A DNA stretch of 64,000 nucleotides from Pyrinomonadaceae bacterium (GTDB lineage: Bacteria; Acidobacteriota; Blastocatellia; Pyrinomonadales; Pyrinomonadaceae), in assembly GCA_046313635.1 (NCBI GenBank), contig JBKBYA010000007.1:32001-96000 (forward strand), in the 5' to 3' direction. The notes beneath the pieces were generated by a model that did not search any database, had not been told where the DNA came from, and saw only the letters and a list, made by a program, of their open reading frames with translations. The position numbers and the translations under genes were made by a program. Numbering within the stretch: the first letter of the stretch is position 1; every line of letters begins with the position of its first letter. Positions 59,121 through 64,000 of this stretch are shown piece after piece.

Positions 59121-61679
59121 TCATCTAAAATCGCCCAACGCCGTGAAGGAGGACCAGAAGTATGGCTCATGAAAACCTTGCTGCTTATTTTGAATCAAAG
59201 ACAGTGCTGCTTTTTGCATGGCCTTTGATGTAGATTGTGTTTTAAGGTACTCAGCGTAGAACGCGACGGCGAAAAAGTTGGTCGATTTGTCAGTTGCCTC
59301 CCACTGCGATGCGATGATCGTCGTGCTACCCGAACCGAGCATCGCCCAAGGGACGCTGATGAGGCCTTCGCCGTTGTGGACTTTGCTGGTGTCGCACGAG
59401 GCGAGGAACGCCAGGCTGCCGGGTTTCAGGCGGAGCGCGAGTAGATCGTTGACCGTGACTTTCCCTGAATCGCCAGGTCCCGGAGCGAAGGCGAGAAAGG
59501 AGGAAAGTGGATCTTCGCTGTCGAGTTGGGCGTGCATCGAAAAATGGAGTATATCTGCGCCGGCTGCGGACCTCATGAAGGTCTTCCTCGTGGAGCGAAT
59601 TACAGGAGCGGTTCCGAATAATCCCCCGATGCTTTTCGCTTCGTCGTTTACATGGGCGAGTCGCTGATTGTTGAAGGTGTCATTTGCAAAGATCGCAATT
59701 GTCTTTCTGCGAGGTGGCTCCGACGAGAGGCTTTGCTTTAGCAAATAGACCGAGGGCGAGTACGAGATGGTATTGGTTTCTATAAGGTATTTGCTCCCGT
59801 CCGGGCTTAGGGCTTGAAACGGGATACGCCACAGAAGCTTATCGGGCACGAACACTAAGTGACTCGATTTGAGCTTCAAAGGCTTGAGTAACAGATCGAA
59901 AAGTCGCTTGCCGTTGCTTTTGAAGAATATCCGGTCATTGATCTTTGATCGGGTTTCTTCAGCGAGTTGAGAAATTTGTTCTTCCCCGAGCCCCAGTTTC
60001 ACGACCCGAAGGGCCTCACCGGGTTCGATGACGAAGGCCAGGAGGCTACCGGACGGGGTGAACTCGTATGAGATCACGGACGTGCCAGGCGGCAACTTTA
60101 ATCCGACGGCCGAGAAATCCTGATCCAACTGGCTCTCAGTTCGTCGTTCGCTGACGATCTGCTTTTCTAGTTTGATGAGAGACTCCTCGCTAATCTTTCC
60201 ATCAACAAATTCCTTTGAGGTCGAGAAGAGCTTCGTTCGACGAGACTTCGACAGGTCGGCACGGGGCTTGAGCCCCGATTCTTCGATCCGATCCCTTAGA
60301 ATATTCGCTTTCAATTGCTCGGAATACTCAAAAGCTTTAATAGGGGCTTGCTCGGACTCGATCTCGGACAGCAACCGATAAATCGAATGATTGACCTCCA
60401 TCATCCCGATCGAGAGGGACGGCGCATCGCTGTTGCGGAACGGCTCGAATGCCCCGAGTGCCTTGCTCGCGAATTCTCTCGCCGATCGCTCATCGCCCGA
60501 TCGCCAAGAGCCCAATGCGAGTTTGTAATAGATGCCCGGCAGATCGTCACGGTAGTTTGCCTCCTCGGTCAATCGGCGTAGGGTTTCGGAATGGTTGATA
60601 AGCTCTTTCCAATTCTTATCCCGCTCCGCGATCGTGCTTTTCCAGTACGGAATGAGGAAGTCGGAACTCGCCTGCTCTTTCGCGAGCTTCGAGAAATACT
60701 CCTCCGAGAGCAACCGGTTACCCTTATAGTTCTCGACCAAAGCGCGTCCGAGAAAACGCCCAAAGCCAAATGCATTCCGCTTGTCAATCAGTTCGAGTTG
60801 CTGAAGATACTTTTGAGCCGCCGGAATGTCATTCTCGTATAGTGATCGGAGCAATAGGCTTGTTAGAAATTGTCCGGAGTGCTCGTCGACACCTGCTCGA
60901 AACGAAAGGCTCAGGCCCTTCAAATAGTGGTCGGTTGCCTTACGCGGTTGGCCCGTGGCATCGAGCATATTCGCGAGTTCCAGATGCGCCACGCGGTTCC
61001 TGTGCTCATATCCGACCCCTGATGAAGCCTCGATCAACTTCTCGGAGTAAGCGATGGCCTTCGCTTGATAGTGCTTTGCGCTCCAGGCAAGACTTAAGAA
61101 GCGCAGTGACTCCTGGTAAGTGGTAGTATGCCCGCCGGCTAAGGCCAGAGATTCCGCCTTTTCGAACCAGAGGATCGCCGAGAAATCGTGCCCGGCTGAA
61201 AACAATGTTCGTCCGACCTCAAGGTAGTAGCTCGCGAGCGTCGCAGAATCGTTCGGAGCAAGTGATAGAGCAAATTTAATGTTGTCTAAGGTTGGAGGGA
61301 ATTCTTGTTTCCTTCGATAAACCGAGGCCTTGCAGAAATAGAGGTTGGCTGCGTCTCTAGGAGAGTTTTCCCTCAGGGTCCGATCGGGTGCGATTCGATC
61401 GACCGATTCAATGGCGGCATCGAATCTTCCCAATTGGATGTATGTCCGGCATAGATACGAAGAAGCCTGAGCAGCTTCGACGATACGCCTCGCTTTCATC
61501 AGGCGTTCTACTTCCGAAGGACCGCGAGCAGCTATCTGGTCGAATAGACCCTGCGCGTAGAGTCTCGCAATACTCTCCGGGTTGCGCTGCGCGTCCGCCG
61601 TAACCGAGATGAGGACCAGAATGAGCGCGAACGTTACGGTTCGCTTCAATCTAGTCCTCAAATTCGGGTTATTATCCAT
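59121..61679 (-). CDS. Secreted TPR-like repeat protein with C-terminal CHAT (caspase-like) domain
   Basis: Signal peptide; LFDLLLKP, VPDKLLWRIPFQAL, ILHFSMH, FLASCDT, SQWE, HEPYFWSSF..LGD. Confidence 0.9.
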   Translation of the reverse strand: MDNNPNLRTRLKRTVTFALILVLISVTADAQRNPESIARLYAQGLFDQIAARGPSEVERLMKARRIVEAAQASSYLCRTYIQLGRFDAAIESVDRIAPDRTLRENSPRDAANLYFCKASVYRRKQEFPPTLDNIKFALSLAPNDSATLASYYLEVGRTLFSAGHDFSAILWFEKAESLALAGGHTTTYQESLRFLSLAWSAKHYQAKAIAYSEKLIEASSGVGYEHRNRVAHLELANMLDATGQPRKATDHYLKGLSLSFRAGVDEHSGQFLTSLLLRSLYENDIPAAQKYLQQLELIDKRNAFGFGRFLGRALVENYKGNRLLSEEYFSKLAKEQASSDFLIPYWKSTIAERDKNWKELINHSETLRRLTEEANYRDDLPGIYYKLALGSWRSGDERSAREFASKALGAFEPFRNSDAPSLSIGMMEVNHSIYRLLSEIESEQAPIKAFEYSEQLKANILRDRIEESGLKPRADLSKSRRTKLFSTSKEFVDGKISEESLIKLEKQIVSERRTESQLDQDFSAVGLKLPPGTSVISYEFTPSGSLLAFVIEPGEALRVVKLGLGEEQISQLAEETRSKINDRIFFKSNGKRLFDLLLKPLKLKSSHLVFVPDKLLWRIPFQALSPDGSKYLIETNTISYSPSVYLLKQSLSSEPPRRKTIAIFANDTFNNQRLAHVNDEAKSIGGLFGTAPVIRSTRKTFMRSAAGADILHFSMHAQLDSEDPLSSFLAFAPGPGDSGKVTVNDLLALRLKPGSLAFLASCDTSKVHNGEGLISVPWAMLGSGSTTIIASQWEATDKSTNFFAVAFYAEYLKTQSTSKAMQKAALSLIQNKQQGFHEPYFWSSFTALGDFR

Positions 61680-61688
61680 TGATCGCTC

Positions 61689-61946
61689 CTAACTTGCAGG
61701 TGGTCGGCAATTGCCACCGCCGTCATCATCGCCGCCGTCGGCTCCATTGTTCGGACGACAGTCGGAACACTGACGTACGGGGCAGTGATCATCCGCACCG
61801 AAAAACGAGAGTAGTTGTCCCACCGCATACGAGGCGAAGCTCACGGGCAGGACCGCGACCGAAACAATGCTGCTTGCAGCGAAAATGTTTCCCGCGAGCG
61901 TTACAATCAAGGCCGCAGCCACAAATAGGGTTTTGAGTCGTTTCAT
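61689..61946 (-). CDS. Small exported peptide with Cys/Gly/Asp-rich tail (85 aa)
   Basis: GGGAGG RBS, ATGA overlap with the peptidase gene, signal-like MKRLKTLFVAAALIV; tail CPVRQCSDCRP...CRPPAS. Confidence 0.75.
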   Translation of the reverse strand: MKRLKTLFVAAALIVTLAGNIFAASSIVSVAVLPVSFASYAVGQLLSFFGADDHCPVRQCSDCRPNNGADGGDDDGGGNCRPPAS

Positions 61947-63874
61947 TTTTGTTTCCTCCCAATATGGGTCTTTAGAAATTCATACATCGCACCCGTGACG
62001 AAACGACCGGATACACCGTGCCCCGCCTGTGTCGCATATATGAACCAAACATCGGTACCCGCCTCTCGCAATTGAGATTTGAGGCCGAGAACGTCCCCTT
62101 CGGGGACCCTTGAGTCCAGCTTCCCCCTGGTCAGGAACAACGGTGTGCCTTTCCATCGCGACGCGCTGTTAAGCGGGGAAAGCTCGTCAAGCTTTTTCAT
62201 TAATGCTTCATCGTTGGGATCTCCGTATTCATTTCTAGCGAATTCGTCGATCCAGCTTTGTTTCAGATAATTTCGGATTGATACAAGCGGATATTCCGCT
62301 ATCACCGCGCGGATGCGGGAAGACTCTTTCAGTCCCGTCGCCAATGCTACGAACCCCCCGTAGCTCTCGCCCCGAACGATCACATTGTCTGGATCGAGAT
62401 CAGGCTGCTTCGCAATCCAATCTAAGAGTGAGCTTATATCCCGGACGGCATCTTCTCTCTTGGGCCCGTTATCGGCATCCATGAATTCGCTGCCGAACCC
62501 TCGGGAGCCGCGAATGTTGGTATGAATGATCGAGAGTCCGAGAAAAGCTGCGAACCGGACGTCAAGTGAATTGAATGTGGGGCGATCAAGAACTTGCGGA
62601 CCCCCGTGAATGAAGATCAAGACCGGAGTCTTGCGCTCCACCTTCGAGGGCTTAACGATGTATCCGGAGATCTCTTTACCGTCGAATGATTTCCAGCGAA
62701 TGGTCTCAGGCGACCTTACTTTCCCGGCGAGTACTCCCGGCATACTGGACTCGGTCCAATTGGTCGTTTTCTTCGACCGTATATCAAATGATCTGATCAG
62801 TGCCGGCCGAGCGATGTTCTCGATGGTGAAGACCACCTCGCTGTCCGAAAGCCAGCGCGTATTCCAGACCACGTATGAACCATCCAAGAAATTGGTCGTT
62901 TCCGGTTTGATCCGTTCGTTCTTGATCTTGCCTACCCAGAGAGTGTCGATGCCATCGAATGCCTCCTGTACGAGGATCCGCTTCCCATCCGGTGACGGTT
63001 TAATATCGCCCAAGTGCCCCCGAACATTCTGCAGGCTCACGATTTTCTTTCGGTTGTTTCGAAGGTCGAACGAAAGGAGGCAGCTCTTGCCGCCACACTC
63101 GGGAGAATCTTCATTAAGTATCAACGCCTTCCCCGAAGCGAAGAACGCTTTCGTCGAGTTTCCCGACTCCGACAGCGGCGAAAGCGCTCCGGACTTGATC
63201 GAGTAATTGAAGATGTTCTGATTGCTTGCGGACTTCCAGTACTTGAGCAAAATGTTCCCGCGGTCTACGTCTATTACATTCCATAAACCTTTGAGATCGA
63301 CCTGGAAGCAGGTGCTTCTATTCAGATCATGTTGGCAAAGTTTGGTCACCTTCGCTTCGTAATCGTTATGGGTGTAATAGATCGACTTGCCGTCTCGAGC
63401 CCAGATGAATGAGTCGACCGAGTCATCCTTGCCCGTGAAATTCGAAAGCTTCCGAAGGTCTTTCCCGTCCCACAGAAACAGCGCGTAATTATCCGCATCG
63501 TCTTTGTCGTTATTGAATGCGATCAGAGACGAGGTGGGGCTGACTCTTAAGGTATTAGGGGAGCGACCTTCGACGAGTAGGCTCGGCTTCTTCAACGGAG
63601 CTTCAACAGAATAAACGGCAGTCTTCTCATCGGTTACAAGCAATTTGCGAGCCTTGCGGTCCACGTCCCATATGAGATTGCTCTTTATCGCAGAGGGCTC
63701 ATAGAACAAATGCTTCACGTCATCGTTCTTGATGCGCGGCACACCTTCGACCTGGAACGATGCCGGGACGGGAAAGTCGCCAGAAGGCTGGGCTGGCGTC
63801 AAACCTGCAAACACCCCGATAAGCGTCAAAGCTAGAAACGCAGTCTGCCCAAACTTGTTGATTCCACTCTTCAT
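61943..63874 (-). CDS. Secreted S9-family (prolyl oligopeptidase-like) serine peptidase
   Basis: Beta-propeller N-part; IHGGP, NIRGSRGFG, GESYGG (Ser), DSRVP (Asp), AGHG (His); start 63874 or 63889. Confidence 0.92.
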   Translation of the reverse strand: MKSGINKFGQTAFLALTLIGVFAGLTPAQPSGDFPVPASFQVEGVPRIKNDDVKHLFYEPSAIKSNLIWDVDRKARKLLVTDEKTAVYSVEAPLKKPSLLVEGRSPNTLRVSPTSSLIAFNNDKDDADNYALFLWDGKDLRKLSNFTGKDDSVDSFIWARDGKSIYYTHNDYEAKVTKLCQHDLNRSTCFQVDLKGLWNVIDVDRGNILLKYWKSASNQNIFNYSIKSGALSPLSESGNSTKAFFASGKALILNEDSPECGGKSCLLSFDLRNNRKKIVSLQNVRGHLGDIKPSPDGKRILVQEAFDGIDTLWVGKIKNERIKPETTNFLDGSYVVWNTRWLSDSEVVFTIENIARPALIRSFDIRSKKTTNWTESSMPGVLAGKVRSPETIRWKSFDGKEISGYIVKPSKVERKTPVLIFIHGGPQVLDRPTFNSLDVRFAAFLGLSIIHTNIRGSRGFGSEFMDADNGPKREDAVRDISSLLDWIAKQPDLDPDNVIVRGESYGGFVALATGLKESSRIRAVIAEYPLVSIRNYLKQSWIDEFARNEYGDPNDEALMKKLDELSPLNSASRWKGTPLFLTRGKLDSRVPEGDVLGLKSQLREAGTDVWFIYATQAGHGVSGRFVTGAMYEFLKTHIGRKQK

Positions 63875-64000
63875 CTCGTTCCAACACATCGCATTTCAAA
63901 TGATGTCCGCTGTTTTTCTATGGCTTCGGACCTAATAGGATCAGTTGTGCTTGTCCCGGGCTTCTTGAGCCCTTGCGGCGGGCCAACGATACGATTGCCG

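Larger units (their letters stand above)
49398..64000. mobile_element. tRNA-Leu(CAG)-integrated genomic island (extends beyond window)
   Basis: tRNA 3' fragment, adjacent tyrosine integrase, visible shift in composition and codon usage, accessory/defence-type cargo, no core genes after 49.4 kb. Confidence 0.85.

Overview
GC-rich bacterial chromosome window. The gene style and FG-GAP-tailed secreted proteins suggest Acidobacteria (Blastocatellia/Pyrinomonadaceae-like); this is an inference. Bases 1-49,397 are core/host genes: lgt, rluD, GH20 and GH92 glycosidases, nrfHA, argG/argH, an NRAMP-related transporter, tilS-ftsH-folP-lptE-holA, pilT, a TonB receptor, thiE/queA, tRNA-Leu(CAA), two-component genes and rsmG. 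Several families of short palindromic REP-like repeats are scattered among them, and two copies sit in frame inside protein-coding genes. A genomic island starts at the displaced 3' half of a tRNA-Leu(CAG) (49,398-49,452) and runs past the window end. It carries a tyrosine integrase, a Rad50/RloC-like zinc-hook ABC-ATPase and an RtcR-type (CARF-AAA+-HTH) sigma54 activator. Divergent from rtcR, behind a clear -24/-12 promoter, lies a three-gene bacterial ubiquitin-like conjugation operon (Ubl-E2 fusion, JAB-E1 fusion, DUF6527-like protein) where rtcBA would normally be. An S9 peptidase / Cys-rich small peptide / TPR-CHAT protease trio follows. The RtcR-controlled ubiquitination-like operon, next to a candidate tRNA-damaging ATPase, is the most notable system. 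All family calls come from motif recognition by eye, not from database searches.
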